Shown: positions 9,230 to 19,368, counted from the stretch's first letter. The stretch is 64,000 bases of DNA from Hyalangium minutum (GCF_000737315.1 NZ_JMCB01000021.1:10536-74535); one strand, 5' to 3'. Notes: generated from the letters alone by a model not told the origin. Made by a program: numbers and translations.

Positions 9230-10246
9230 ATGCAGACCCCCGAGGAAGGCAAGGTGCGCGTCGCCTTCGCCGAGCTCATTGACTTGGCCGCCGAGAAGGT
9301 GGGCGGCAAGGCCCTACTCGCCAATGACGAGTTCTTCGCCCCCAAAGAGAACCTGCTCAAGCCGGGCCGCGGCGTGTTCATCCCGGACAAGTACACCGAG
9401 TTCGGTAAGTGGATGGACGGCTGGGAGACGCGCCGCAAGCGCGTGCCGGGCTACGACTGGTGCATCCTCCAGTTGGGCCTGCCGGGCGTCATCCGCGGCG
9501 TGAACGTGGACACCCACCATTTCCTCGGCAACTTCCCCGAGTACGCCTCGGTGGACGGGCTGGAGGTGGAGGGCTCGCCCGACCCTGAGTCGCTCACGGG
9601 CGCGGCGTGGACGGAGATCGTCCCGAAGACGAAGCTGGTGGGCGGCACGCAGAACTACCTGCCCGTGGCCAGCGACCGGCGCTTCACGCACGTGCGCCTC
9701 AACATCTTCCCGGACGGCGGCGTGGCCCGCTTCCGCGTGCACGGCGTGGTGAAGCCGGACCTGGCGAAGCTGCGCTCGGGCGAGTTGGTGGACCTGGCGG
9801 CGGCGGAGAACGGCGGCATCGTCATCACCACGAATGACGCGTTCTTCGGGCCCAAGGACAACCTCATCCTCCCGGGACGCGCCGTGACGATGGGCGAGGG
9901 CTGGGAGACGCGCCGCAAGCGCGTGCCGGGCTTCGACTGGATCGTCGTCAAGCTGGCCGTGCCGGGCACGGTGCACAAGCTGGAGCTCGACACCAACCAC
10001 TTCAAGGGCAACTACCCGGACATGGCCTCGGTCGAGGGGTGCTTCCTGAAGGAAGACATCCTCGACTTCGCCAACGCGAAGGACATCGCCTGGCAGGAGA
10101 TCCTCCCTCGCACGAAGCTGCAGGCGCACCACCAGCACTTCTACGAGTCCGAGCTGCGCGCCCAGGGGCCCTTCACCCACGTGCGCCTGAACATCTTCCC
10201 GGACGGCGGCATCAGCCGGCTCCGGGTCCACGGGCGTCCTGCGTGA
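9230..10246 (+). CDS. alc: Allantoicase
   Basis: Two internal repeats, each with GWETRRKR and FTHVRLNIFPDGG. Confidence 0.95.
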   Translation: MQTPEEGKVRVAFAELIDLAAEKVGGKALLANDEFFAPKENLLKPGRGVFIPDKYTEFGKWMDGWETRRKRVPGYDWCILQLGLPGVIRGVNVDTHHFLGNFPEYASVDGLEVEGSPDPESLTGAAWTEIVPKTKLVGGTQNYLPVASDRRFTHVRLNIFPDGGVARFRVHGVVKPDLAKLRSGELVDLAAAENGGIVITTNDAFFGPKDNLILPGRAVTMGEGWETRRKRVPGFDWIVVKLAVPGTVHKLELDTNHFKGNYPDMASVEGCFLKEDILDFANAKDIAWQEILPRTKLQAHHQHFYESELRAQGPFTHVRLNIFPDGGISRLRVHGRPA

Positions 10247-10755
10247 ACAAGCTCGAGTGGCTCAATGGGCTGTCCCTCGAGGACGCCCAGGCGGAGCTCC
10301 TGCGGTGCTGCGGCTCGCACCGCTGGGCGGACGCCATGGCGCGGGCGCGTCCCTTCAAGGACGTGCCCTCCGTGTATGCGGAGGCCGGTTGGCTCTGGTC
10401 CCAAACGGGGCCAGAGGACTGGAAGGAAGCCATCTCTCACCACCCGCGCATCGGCGACGTGGAGAAGCTGCGCGAGCGCTTCAAGGCCTCCGGCGCCTGG
10501 TCCGAACAGGAGCAGAAGGGCATGGAGGGCGCCACCGAGGATGTGGTTCAGGCGCTCGCAGACGGCAACCGCGAGTACGAGGCGCGCTTCGGCTTCACCT
10601 TCCTCATCTGCGCCACGGGCAAGAGCGCCCGGGAGATGCTCGAGCACCTGCGCGAGCGCATGACGAACCCGCCGGCTCTAGAGCTGCGCATCGCAGCCGG
10701 CGAGCAGGCGCAAATCACCCGCCTTCGATTGGAGAAGCTCCTCACCTCGCCATGA
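10243..10755 (+). CDS. uraD: OHCU decarboxylase
   Basis: GTG overlapping the alc stop (GTGA); CCGSHRW, SHHPRIG, SEQEQ, YEARFGFTFLICA, EQAQITRLRL. Confidence 0.93.
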   Translation: MNKLEWLNGLSLEDAQAELLRCCGSHRWADAMARARPFKDVPSVYAEAGWLWSQTGPEDWKEAISHHPRIGDVEKLRERFKASGAWSEQEQKGMEGATEDVVQALADGNREYEARFGFTFLICATGKSAREMLEHLRERMTNPPALELRIAAGEQAQITRLRLEKLLTSP

Positions 10756-11096
10756 GCACCCTGTCCACCCACGTCCTCGACACGCAGTGGGGCCGCCCGG
10801 CGGCCGGAGTCCCCATCACCCTGGAGGCCCAGGACGGCACCGGCGGCTGGCGCGAGCTGTCCAAGGGCACCACCAACTCGGATGGCCGCGTGAAGGACTT
10901 CCTGCCCCCGGGCACGAACCTGCAGCCCGGCCTGTACCGGATGACGTTCCACACGGCGGACTACTTCCGGACGCACTCGGTGCGGGGTTTCTATCCGTAC
11001 GTCTCCGTGGTGTTCGAGATCCACTCCGCGGGTGAGCACTACCACGTGCCCCTGCTGCTGAGTCCCTTCGGCTACTCCACGTACCGTGGTAGCTGA
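10752..11096 (+). CDS. uraH: 5-hydroxyisourate hydrolase (transthyretin-like)
   Basis: LSTHVLDT, TNSDGR, HYHVPLLLSPFGYSTYRGS signature; ATGA overlap with uraD. Confidence 0.97.
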   Translation: MSTLSTHVLDTQWGRPAAGVPITLEAQDGTGGWRELSKGTTNSDGRVKDFLPPGTNLQPGLYRMTFHTADYFRTHSVRGFYPYVSVVFEIHSAGEHYHVPLLLSPFGYSTYRGS

Positions 11097-11102
11097 AGGG
11101 GG

Positions 11103-12476
11103 ATGACGCCGAAGCTCTCCTCCCGCATCCCGGCCGCGCGTGCGGCGCTGACGAAGTCCAACCAGGAGTACACCCAGGTGTACCCGGGGGAGTCTCCGAG
11201 CCGCCAGCCCGTGCACACGGTGTACGGCGGGGCGCAGCTCTTCAAGGCGGAGACGGCGCGGAAGATGGGTCAGCTGGCGCTGGCGGCGCTGCGCGAGCAC
11301 GCCCCAGATGCGAAGACGTTGGCCACGTGCCTGAGCCTGCCGGAGCACGACGGGTTGGCCACGCGGGTATACGAGCGCGTGGTGGCCAAGCTCGAGCGCG
11401 AGCCGGTGGAGGACCTCCGCATCGACTTCGAGGATGGGTACGGGTACCGGCCGGACGCGGAGGAGGACGGGCACGCGGTGTCCGCCGCGGAGCAGCTGGC
11501 CCGGGGCCTGGCGGAGGGTCTGCTTCCGCCCTTCGTGGGCATCCGCATCAAGTCGCTCACGGAAGAGCTGTTCGAGCGGGCCTCGCGCACGCTGGAGCTG
11601 TTCGTCACCACGCTGCTGGAGCGCACGGGCGGCAAGTTACCGGCGAACTTCGTCGTCACGCTGCCCAAGGTCCTCTCGCCCGAGCAGGTGACGGCGCTGG
11701 TGCGCATGCTGGAGGTGCTGGAGCAGGACAAGGGTCTGGCGCCGGGCACGCTGAAGCTGGAGCTGATGGTGGAGACGCCGCAGTCCCTGTTCGACCGGCA
11801 GGGACGGCTGGCGCTGCCATCGCTGGTGGCGGCGGCCGAGGGGCGCTGCGTGGGGGCGCACCTGGGCGTGTATGACTACACGGCCACGCTCAACATCACG
11901 GCGGCGTACCAGAGCATGATGCACCCGGCCTGCGACTTCGCGCGCCACGTGGCGCAGGTGTCGCTGGCGGGGACAGGGGTGGCGCTCTCGGATGGAGCCA
12001 CCAACGTCATGCCCGTGGGGCCGCACAAGCGCGACGGAGGGCGCGTGCTCACCGAGGCGCAGCAGCAGGAGAACCGCGAGACGGTGCACCGCGCATGGCG
12101 GCTGGCGTACGAGCACACGCGGCACTCGCTGGAGCTGGGCTACTACCAGGGGTGGGACCTGCACCCGGCGCAGCTGCCGGTGCGCTACGCGGCGGTGTAC
12201 GCGTTCTTCCTGGAAGGCCTGGATGCGGCCTCGCGCCGGCTCAAGAGCTTCATGGAGAAGGCAGCCCAGGCGACGCTGCTCGGGGACGTGTTCGACGACG
12301 CAGCCACGGGCCAGGGGCTGCTGAACTCATTCCTGCGCGGCATTGCCTGCGGCGCCATCACCGAGGAAGAGGCCCTGGCGACGGGGCTCTCGCTGGAGGA
12401 GCTGCGCAGCCGCTCGTTCCTGAAGATCCTCGAGGGCCGACGCAAAACCGAGTCCACCCGCGCAACACACGCTTAG
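11103..12476 (+). CDS. HpcH/HpaI aldolase / citrate lyase-fold protein (DUF6986-like)
   Basis: RQPVHTVYGGA, RIDFEDGYG, ELMVETPQS, LSDGATNVMP, YYQGWDLHPAQL; 6 nt after uraH. Confidence 0.75.
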   Translation: MTPKLSSRIPAARAALTKSNQEYTQVYPGESPSRQPVHTVYGGAQLFKAETARKMGQLALAALREHAPDAKTLATCLSLPEHDGLATRVYERVVAKLEREPVEDLRIDFEDGYGYRPDAEEDGHAVSAAEQLARGLAEGLLPPFVGIRIKSLTEELFERASRTLELFVTTLLERTGGKLPANFVVTLPKVLSPEQVTALVRMLEVLEQDKGLAPGTLKLELMVETPQSLFDRQGRLALPSLVAAAEGRCVGAHLGVYDYTATLNITAAYQSMMHPACDFARHVAQVSLAGTGVALSDGATNVMPVGPHKRDGGRVLTEAQQQENRETVHRAWRLAYEHTRHSLELGYYQGWDLHPAQLPVRYAAVYAFFLEGLDAASRRLKSFMEKAAQATLLGDVFDDAATGQGLLNSFLRGIACGAITEEEALATGLSLEELRSRSFLKILEGRRKTESTRATHA

Positions 12477-12568
12477 GCGGGCATGTTGTCCCGAGGGCCC
12501 TCCTCCTCTATCGTCCTTTGCCCGCGCCGCGCTCCCGCGCGCTCCGCCGCTCTCCGAGCCGAGACCTG

Positions 12569-14110
12569 ATGAACCCCGTCGTCCAGGAATGGCTGAACCT
12601 CGTTGTCCGCTGGGCCCACGTGATTGCCGCCATCATGTGGATCGGCGACTCGTTCCTCTTCATGTGGCTGGACAGCCAGCTGCGCAAGCCCGGCCGCCCC
12701 CTCGAGGGTGAGGTCGTCGGCGAGCTGTGGATGGCTCACAGCGGCGGCTTCTACGAGGTCGTCAAGCGCAAGAGCCTCCAGGCCCTGCCGACCCCGCTCC
12801 ACTTCTTCAAGTGGGAGTCCTACTCCACCTGGATCACCGGCTTCCTGCTGCTCATCATCGTCTACTACATGGGCGACCGCGCGATGCTCACCGACGCGAG
12901 CTCGCCCCTGTCTCATGGGCAGGCCGTCCACATCAGCCTCGGCCTCATCATCGCGGGCTTCATCGTCTACACCGGGCTCTGCCACACGCCCCTCATCCGC
13001 GACAACCGCGCGTTCGGCGCCGTGGGCTTCGTCCTCATCACCGCCGCCGCCTACGGCATCACCCAGGTCTTCACTCCGCGCGCCGCCTTCCTCCAGGTGG
13101 GAGCCATGCTCGGCACCATCATGGCCTCCAACGTCTTCCGCATCATCATCCCCGCCCAGCAGGAGATGCTGGCCGCCACGCGGGAGGGCCGCCCGGTCGA
13201 TACCTCGTACGGCGCCCGCGCCAAGCTGCGCTCGACGCACAACCACTACCTGACGCTGCCCGTGCTGTTCACCATGCTGTCCAACCACTTCCCGGTGCTC
13301 TACGGGCACCCGGAGCCGTGGGCCATTCTCGCCCTGCTGTTCCTCGCGGGCGCTGGCGTGAAGTACATCATGAACTTCCGCGCCCAGACTCACCCGGTGG
13401 TGTTCGCCGGCACGGTGGGCGCCATCGTCACCGTCGCGGCCATCACTGCCCCGAAGTCCGTCGAGATCGACTCCGCGCTCGCCGCGGGCCCCAAGGTCTC
13501 GTTCGCCACGGCGCAGACCATCGTCCAGACGCGCTGCGTGACGTGCCACGCCGAGAAGCCCACCAACCCGTCCTTCACCGCACCGCCCCTGGGCGTGATG
13601 CTCGACACCCCCGAGCGCCTGAAGGCCCATGCCCAGCGCATCTTCGTGCGCGCGGTACAGACCCATACGATGCCGCTCGGGAACATGACCGCCATGACCG
13701 AGGAGGAGCGCAAGCAGCTCGGGGCGTGGGTCGCTCAGGGCTCGGACATCCTGGCTCCCGGTCCGGCAGCGGTGCCCACCGCCGCGCCTGTGGCCGCCCC
13801 CACGTATGCCAGCGCCGCCGAGGAGGCCCGTGTGGCCTTCACCCAGCGGTGCGTCCCCTGCCACGGTGCCGAGGGCCGCGGCAACGGTCCCTCCGCCGCA
13901 GCGCTGAACCCGAAGCCCCGGAACTATCGTGACCCCGAGTGGCAGAAGTCCGTCACGGATGAGCGCATTGCCCTGACCATCCTCATGGGCGGCGCCGCCA
14001 TGGGGAAGTCGCCGAGCATGCCGGGCAACCCAGACCTCACCGAGAAGCCCGAGGTCGTCTCCGAGCTGGTGAAGTTGCTGCGCTCCTTCGGCCAAGAGGG
14101 CAATCCCTAG
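12569..14110 (+). CDS. puuD: Membrane urate hydroxylase PuuD with a second C-terminal cytochrome c domain
   Basis: RWAHVIAAIMWIG, LWMAHSGGFY, FKWESYSTWITGF, RSTHNHYLTLPV; heme motifs CVTCH and CVPCH. Confidence 0.9.
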   Translation: MNPVVQEWLNLVVRWAHVIAAIMWIGDSFLFMWLDSQLRKPGRPLEGEVVGELWMAHSGGFYEVVKRKSLQALPTPLHFFKWESYSTWITGFLLLIIVYYMGDRAMLTDASSPLSHGQAVHISLGLIIAGFIVYTGLCHTPLIRDNRAFGAVGFVLITAAAYGITQVFTPRAAFLQVGAMLGTIMASNVFRIIIPAQQEMLAATREGRPVDTSYGARAKLRSTHNHYLTLPVLFTMLSNHFPVLYGHPEPWAILALLFLAGAGVKYIMNFRAQTHPVVFAGTVGAIVTVAAITAPKSVEIDSALAAGPKVSFATAQTIVQTRCVTCHAEKPTNPSFTAPPLGVMLDTPERLKAHAQRIFVRAVQTHTMPLGNMTAMTEEERKQLGAWVAQGSDILAPGPAAVPTAAPVAAPTYASAAEEARVAFTQRCVPCHGAEGRGNGPSAAALNPKPRNYRDPEWQKSVTDERIALTILMGGAAMGKSPSMPGNPDLTEKPEVVSELVKLLRSFGQEGNP

Positions 14111-15009
14111 GTCCGCGAGCCGAGCCTCTTCCGCAGCCGCTCGGCCGCGAACTCTAGGAAGGCCGCCGCCGCCCGGCTCTGGGGACCGGGCAGGTGCACG
14201 AGGTGCACCGGAACCGGCTCTGGCTCGAACAGCTCGAGCACCACGCGAAGCCGCTTGTCCGCGAGCAGCGAGTCCACCTGATAGGAGAGGACCCGCACCA
14301 GCCCCACTCCGGCCAGCGCGGCTTCGATGCCCGCTTGCGCCGTGTTGACGATCAGCCGTGCGTGCACGGCGACGCTCCGCTCCCGCTTCCCACCGCTCGG
14401 GAAGGACCACCGGTCCGCGATGGGCGTCGTGTTCGTGAACACAATGCACGCGTGGCTGGCCAGCGCCTCCGGATCCTTCGGCACGCCCGCGCGCTTCAAG
14501 TACGCCGGGCTCGCGCAAATGACCGAGCGCACGTGGCCGACGAGGCGGGCCCGCAGCGCCGAGTCAGGAAGCGCCCCGATCCGCACGCCCAAGTCCATGC
14601 CCTCCTCGGCCAGCGAGACCACGCGATCCAGCAGGGTGAGCCTCAGGTCCAGCTGGGGATGGGCCTCCAGGAACTCGGCCACCACCGGCACGAGGTGGAG
14701 CTGTCCGAACAGCACCGACGCCGTCACGGACAGCATGCCGCGCAGCTCGGTCCGAGCGTCCGAGGGTGCTTCGAGGAGATCGAACTCCCCCAGCGCACGG
14801 CGGCTGCGCTCAAGGTAGCGCTCGCCTTCCCCCGTGAGCGAGACAGAGCGAGTGGTCCGGTTCAGCAAGCGCGTGCCCAGCCGATTCTCCAGCGCGGCGA
14901 TGGCCCGGGTGACGCTCTGAGGGGAGCGCGAATGGGCACGGGCCGCCTCGATGAAGCTCCCCAAGCTCGCGACGGACACGAAGAGGCGCCACTCCTCGAC
15001 TCGATCCAT
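14107..15009 (-). CDS. LysR family regulator (DmlR/CrgA-like)
   Basis: SPQSVTRAIAALENRLGTRLLNRTTRSVSLTGEG; DRVVSLAEEGMDLGVRIG. Confidence 0.93.
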   Translation of the reverse strand: MDRVEEWRLFVSVASLGSFIEAARAHSRSPQSVTRAIAALENRLGTRLLNRTTRSVSLTGEGERYLERSRRALGEFDLLEAPSDARTELRGMLSVTASVLFGQLHLVPVVAEFLEAHPQLDLRLTLLDRVVSLAEEGMDLGVRIGALPDSALRARLVGHVRSVICASPAYLKRAGVPKDPEALASHACIVFTNTTPIADRWSFPSGGKRERSVAVHARLIVNTAQAGIEAALAGVGLVRVLSYQVDSLLADKRLRVVLELFEPEPVPVHLVHLPGPQSRAAAAFLEFAAERLRKRLGSRT

Positions 15010-15129
15010 TATTCCACTCCCTGGAATACTGTTACCACGGGCGCGCCATTGTTGTCGAAGTGGGAACTCCGTACCTTGGTCTCCAGAGCGGACTCCCCCG
15101 AGCCGCCGGATACCTGGAGGTTCTTTCCG

Positions 15130-15741
15130 ATGAATCCCCCTTCGAGCGATGTGGCCTTCTCCCCGGCGGTGAAGCAGGTGCAGAGCGAGCGCGGCTCCCG
15201 GGCCGCGTACTCCCGGATGGAGCGCGACGGTGGCTTCGAGACCGAGGTGACGGAGAGCCTGCGCGCGTTCCTCGCGCAGATAGACACAGGGTTCCTGGCC
15301 ACCGCGAGCGCCGAGGGGCAGCCGTACATCCAGCACCGAGGCGGTCCCCGAGGCTTCATCCGGGGGCTCGACAGCCACACGCTCGGGTTCGTCGATTTCG
15401 TGGGCAACCGCCAGTACATCTCGACGGGCAACCTGTCCGAGAACAATCGGGTCTGTCTCTTCCTCATCGACTACGCGCGCCAGCGCCGCGTCAAGGTCTG
15501 GGGCACGGCGCGGACCGTCCCCGCGACGGACGAGCTATTGGCCCAGCTCGCTCCCGCTGAATACCGGGCGCGCCCCGAGCAGGTGGTCCTCATCACGGTG
15601 AGCGCTTGGGACGTGAACTGCCCAAAGCACCTCCCGCAGAAGCTCGATGCCGCCGAGGTGGCGCAGGCGCTCCAGCGGCTGGAGAATCGCATCGCCGAGC
15701 TGGAAGCCGAGAACCGCCGCCTCCGAGGGGCTCGCCCGTAG
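15130..15741 (+). CDS. Pyridoxamine 5'-phosphate oxidase family FMN-binding protein
   Basis: FLATASAEGQPYIQHRGGPRGF, DFVGNRQYISTGN, WDVNCPKH; divergent from the LysR. Confidence 0.88.
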   Translation: MNPPSSDVAFSPAVKQVQSERGSRAAYSRMERDGGFETEVTESLRAFLAQIDTGFLATASAEGQPYIQHRGGPRGFIRGLDSHTLGFVDFVGNRQYISTGNLSENNRVCLFLIDYARQRRVKVWGTARTVPATDELLAQLAPAEYRARPEQVVLITVSAWDVNCPKHLPQKLDAAEVAQALQRLENRIAELEAENRRLRGARP

Positions 15742-15898
15742 CCAGGCGGCCCCACAGGCCTTCTCTTCCTCGGCGCCACTCGGCCGTCCGCTCGCGCTCG
15801 CCGCCATGATGCCCCGCCTGGAGAGCCTCCCGGCTGAACCCCTTGGAGGCCCTGCGGACCGAGTAGGCCCCACGCGGCCCACCGCTCACGGCCCGCGC

Positions 15899-17512
15899 CT
15901 ACAGGTACTCCACCGCGCAGCTCTTCCCATCGAACGTGACGACCGTGCGCCGGTCGGGCCTCACCTTCACGACGCAGCGGGCGGTAGTGCCGCCGCTGAT
16001 GAAGAACTCGGCCGTGTGCGTCCCCGCTGCCATGCGCTGAATCGAGATCGGCAGCGCCTCACGTCCGCGGCCCGGCAGCTTCACCTCCACGGCGGTGCCT
16101 GTCGTCGCCTTGATGCGGAGGACGCCCTCGCCCGTCAGTACCTCCTCGGGCGCGGGCGCGGGAGTCTTCGCCGTCACTGAAGGCGTGGGCGCCGAGGCGG
16201 GAGACGGACGGCGGGTCTCCCGGCGCGTCCGCTCACGGCCCGGCTTGGGAACAGGCACCACCTCGTCCTCACTGAGAGACGGCGCGCTGCTTGGCGAGGC
16301 CTTCACCTCGGGAGGCACCGAGTCGCGCGGAGCCGCCTCCGCGACCGCCACCTTCGGCGGAGTGCTCGGTGGAGTGGGAGGCGTCACCTCCGTCACCGGG
16401 TGCGGCACCGGCTTGGGGCGCTGCAGCCCCTTCCACACCACCAGCCCTCCTCCCACGAGCGCCAGCGCCGTCACCACCCCGAGTGCGGCCCTCACCGGCT
16501 GCTTCTGCAAGAACGCCGGCTCTCTCGGCCGCGAGGGCGTGTTGGGCACGCCCACCAGCGAGCCGCGCGGCCGCTTCACCCCCGTGGGGATGACCGAGAA
16601 CGCGCCGGACTGCTCCTGCACGTACCCCGCGAGCGATGACGGGCCCACGGCCAGCCCCGCTCCAAGCGCCGCCGCCTCCAGGTCCTCGCGCATGGCGGCC
16701 GCGTCGGGGTACCGGTCCTCGGGCTTCACCTGCAGGGAGCGGCCCACGACCGCGTAGAAGCCTCGCGGCAGACCGGGGCACACGCGCTCCAGCGGCTCCC
16801 ACTTGCCCTTCACCAGCGCGGAGTGGCGCTCGGTGACGTTGCTGTTCACGTCCAGCGGCGTGGTGCCCGCAGCCAGCTGGTACAGGGTGATGCCCAGCGA
16901 GAACAAGTCACTGCGCCCATCCAGCTTCTTCCCCATGGCCTGCTCGGGAGAGAAGTAGCCCGCCTTGCCCTTCGTCGTCCCCACCTGCGTCAGGTTGCGG
17001 TTGGTGGCCGCCTGCGCAATGCCGAAGTCGATGAGCTTCAGCGTCCCGTTGGGCGCCAGCAGGATGTTCTGCGGCGACACATCCCGGTGCACCAGCTCCT
17101 GGTGCGCATGCACGGCCTCCAGCGCCGCGCAGGTGAAGATGCCCACCGCCAGCAGTCCCTCATCCGTGAGCCGCTCGCCGCGCGAGTGCAGCGTCCGCGC
17201 CACCGTGGACAACGGCGCGCCCGTCACCAGCTCCATGGCCATGTAGAGCAGGCCGTCCACCTCGCCGACTTCATAGATGTGGGCGATGTTGGGGTGGTTC
17301 AGCGTGCAGGCCGTGCGGGCCTCGTCCAGGAACATCTCCCGGAAGTCCGCCGACTCCGAATACTCCGGCCGGATGACCTTGAGCGCCACCGGACGGGAGA
17401 TGCCTCCGGTGAGCGTCTGCTCCGCACGGTACACCTCGGCCATCCCGCCCTGGGCAATCAGGCGAGCGACGCGGTACCTGCCAACGACAGTGCCAGACGA
17501 GAGGGAGGACAA
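15899..17512 (-). CDS. Membrane Ser/Thr protein kinase
   Basis: GGMAEVY, VALKVI, HRDVSPQN, DFG, GKAGYFSPEQ; TM segment, Pro-rich linker, C-terminal beta domain. Confidence 0.95.
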   Translation of the reverse strand: MSSLSSGTVVGRYRVARLIAQGGMAEVYRAEQTLTGGISRPVALKVIRPEYSESADFREMFLDEARTACTLNHPNIAHIYEVGEVDGLLYMAMELVTGAPLSTVARTLHSRGERLTDEGLLAVGIFTCAALEAVHAHQELVHRDVSPQNILLAPNGTLKLIDFGIAQAATNRNLTQVGTTKGKAGYFSPEQAMGKKLDGRSDLFSLGITLYQLAAGTTPLDVNSNVTERHSALVKGKWEPLERVCPGLPRGFYAVVGRSLQVKPEDRYPDAAAMREDLEAAALGAGLAVGPSSLAGYVQEQSGAFSVIPTGVKRPRGSLVGVPNTPSRPREPAFLQKQPVRAALGVVTALALVGGGLVVWKGLQRPKPVPHPVTEVTPPTPPSTPPKVAVAEAAPRDSVPPEVKASPSSAPSLSEDEVVPVPKPGRERTRRETRRPSPASAPTPSVTAKTPAPAPEEVLTGEGVLRIKATTGTAVEVKLPGRGREALPISIQRMAAGTHTAEFFISGGTTARCVVKVRPDRRTVVTFDGKSCAVEYL

Positions 17513-17572
17513 GATCGGCCCCCAAGCCTAGCAGGGCCCGCGCCGGGCTCGTAGCTGCCCCCGCGGGTAGGC

Positions 17573-18640
17573 TCACCAGATCATGTCCTGTTCCTCGGTC
17601 ACTCCGGGCACGTTCGACAGGGTGTACGTGCGGCCCCCCGCCTTCACCGTGCCCTCGAAGAGGCCCACGGGCTGCGCGAAGTGGCTCACCACCAGCCGCA
17701 GGTCCTTCTCATCCCGGTGGACGTAGATGGGCTTGAAGCGCAGGTCCACCGCGCCATCCACCGTCGTCACCCGCCATGGATCGAGCAGCTCCTTCGGGTC
17801 GTACTCGAAGCGCGCGGGCGCCAGCGGGTAGAGCCGATCCCCCACCCAGAAGCCGCTCTCGTTGTGTCCGTCCTTCTCGTTGAAGCCCTCAGCGAAGTTG
17901 AAGCCGGTGGGCGTGCCATCCGCCAGCCGGCCCGCGGCGAAGGCCCACCGCCACGCGGTATGCCGCGCCAGGTAGCCCTGCGTGTAGTCCAGGCCGCCCA
18001 CGCCCCCGTCCAGCCGGAAGTGCTTGCCGCCCACCTCCAGGCTCCCCAGCGCCAGCAGCCCGCCGCGCTTCTGCGTCACGTTCACCAGCCCGTCGCCCTC
18101 CACGGGCGCAATCAGCGTGAGCGCCGGAGGCCCACCGGCCACCAGCAGCTCGCCGCGCCACTGGAAGGTCTGGAGGCTCCCGGTCCTCACGCGGCTCACG
18201 TCCACCTCGAGCTGGTAGCGCTCGTCGTCCTCGCCCCGGCGCGCGGACAGCCGGCCTCCCAGCGTCCGGAAGGAGGCGGTCAGCCCGGCACCTGGCCGGT
18301 CGCTCACCTCCACCCATGGGCCGGGTGCGCCCAGGAAGCTCACGTCACAGAGCGGCCGGCGCTCCTGGAGATCCACCGCGACAGCGAAGGCGCTCGAGGT
18401 GTAGCCCAGGTCCACCACGGCGAAGAGGGCCGCAACCTCGGGGGTCGCGGCGAAGGTGTAGAGCCAGCGCTTGCGCTTGAGCAGGCGGGCGGCCACGGCG
18501 AGCGCCCAGCGGCCTCGGAGCCGGCCCAGGTCCACCTCGGGTAGCTCGCCCTGGTACTTCCCAAAGCACGGCTCACCTTGCGTCGTCGCCACGGACTGCG
18601 GCACGGGGGGGAGGAGGGACATCTCTCGCTCGGGTCTCAT
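17573..18640 (-). CDS. DUF2804 family protein
   Basis: KRKRWLY, GGLDYTQGYLARHTAWRWA, GFNFAEGFN, FAQPVGLFEG; start uncertain (18640 or 18622). Confidence 0.75.
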   Translation of the reverse strand: MRPEREMSLLPPVPQSVATTQGEPCFGKYQGELPEVDLGRLRGRWALAVAARLLKRKRWLYTFAATPEVAALFAVVDLGYTSSAFAVAVDLQERRPLCDVSFLGAPGPWVEVSDRPGAGLTASFRTLGGRLSARRGEDDERYQLEVDVSRVRTGSLQTFQWRGELLVAGGPPALTLIAPVEGDGLVNVTQKRGGLLALGSLEVGGKHFRLDGGVGGLDYTQGYLARHTAWRWAFAAGRLADGTPTGFNFAEGFNEKDGHNESGFWVGDRLYPLAPARFEYDPKELLDPWRVTTVDGAVDLRFKPIYVHRDEKDLRLVVSHFAQPVGLFEGTVKAGGRTYTLSNVPGVTEEQDMIW

Positions 18641-18725
18641 CCCTCGCATTGTGCTGGGTTGGCTCCGCGCCCGCCACGGAACCCGACCTGCGAGGATCGA
18701 TCCCGGACAAACCGGCCCCTCGGGG

Positions 18726-19289
18726 CTACCAGGTGATGTGCAGATCGAAACTGATCGGCGACGTCGGGGCCACGCGGATGACCGGGGTGACGCGCGCCAT
18801 CCGCAGCGCCTCCTCGAGCAAGCCACAGAGGAAGTAGGGCGACAGGCCCACGCCGGTGCGGAACTCCATGCGGAACTGGCGCTCGGAGACCTGCACGGCG
18901 TTCACGACGATGGGCGAGGAGTCGAACCGCAGGTGCTCCGGAAACTTCTTGAGGAAGCGCGCGGGCCCCAGCAGCGGCACGCTCACGGACACCACACGGC
19001 CCAGCACCGTCTGCCCGAAGCCCTGCACGAACTGCTGCCCGAGCCGCCGCCGCCCCTCCTCCACCGTGAGCCCCGGGTAGAAGTGCTTGCAGGCGATGTC
19101 CAGGCACTGCCGGAACAGCTTCAGCGGGTACTGCGGCAGCAAGTCGTCCCGATCGAAGCCAGCCTCGCGCATCTCCGCCTCGAAGCGCTCGTTGCGCGGC
19201 AGCCCATGCACGAACAATCCCTCGAAGAGGATCGCTCGCGTCATGGGCTCGACGGCCAGGGGAGGCGGCGTCAACGGGCTCGTCCGCAT
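18726..19289 (-). CDS. DUF2378 / myxobacterial TIGR02265-like protein
   Basis: LFEGLF, GFDRDDLLPQYP, LGQQFVQGFGQTVLGRV, GLLEEAL. Confidence 0.85.
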   Translation of the reverse strand: MRTSPLTPPPLAVEPMTRAILFEGLFVHGLPRNERFEAEMREAGFDRDDLLPQYPLKLFRQCLDIACKHFYPGLTVEEGRRRLGQQFVQGFGQTVLGRVVSVSVPLLGPARFLKKFPEHLRFDSSPIVVNAVQVSERQFRMEFRTGVGLSPYFLCGLLEEALRMARVTPVIRVAPTSPISFDLHITW

Positions 19290-19368
19290 ACCGCGCAGAC
19301 TCACACCATCCGCCGCCAAACGGAAGTCTTCGCCCGCACTCCGCGTCAAATGGACTGAACGCACCGCG

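Noticed and set aside
9421-10230. Near-exact DNA repeat encoding GWETRRKRVPG (at 9421 and 9901) and FTHVRLNIFPDGG
   Set aside because: This is the known internal duplication of allantoicase, not a separate repeat element.
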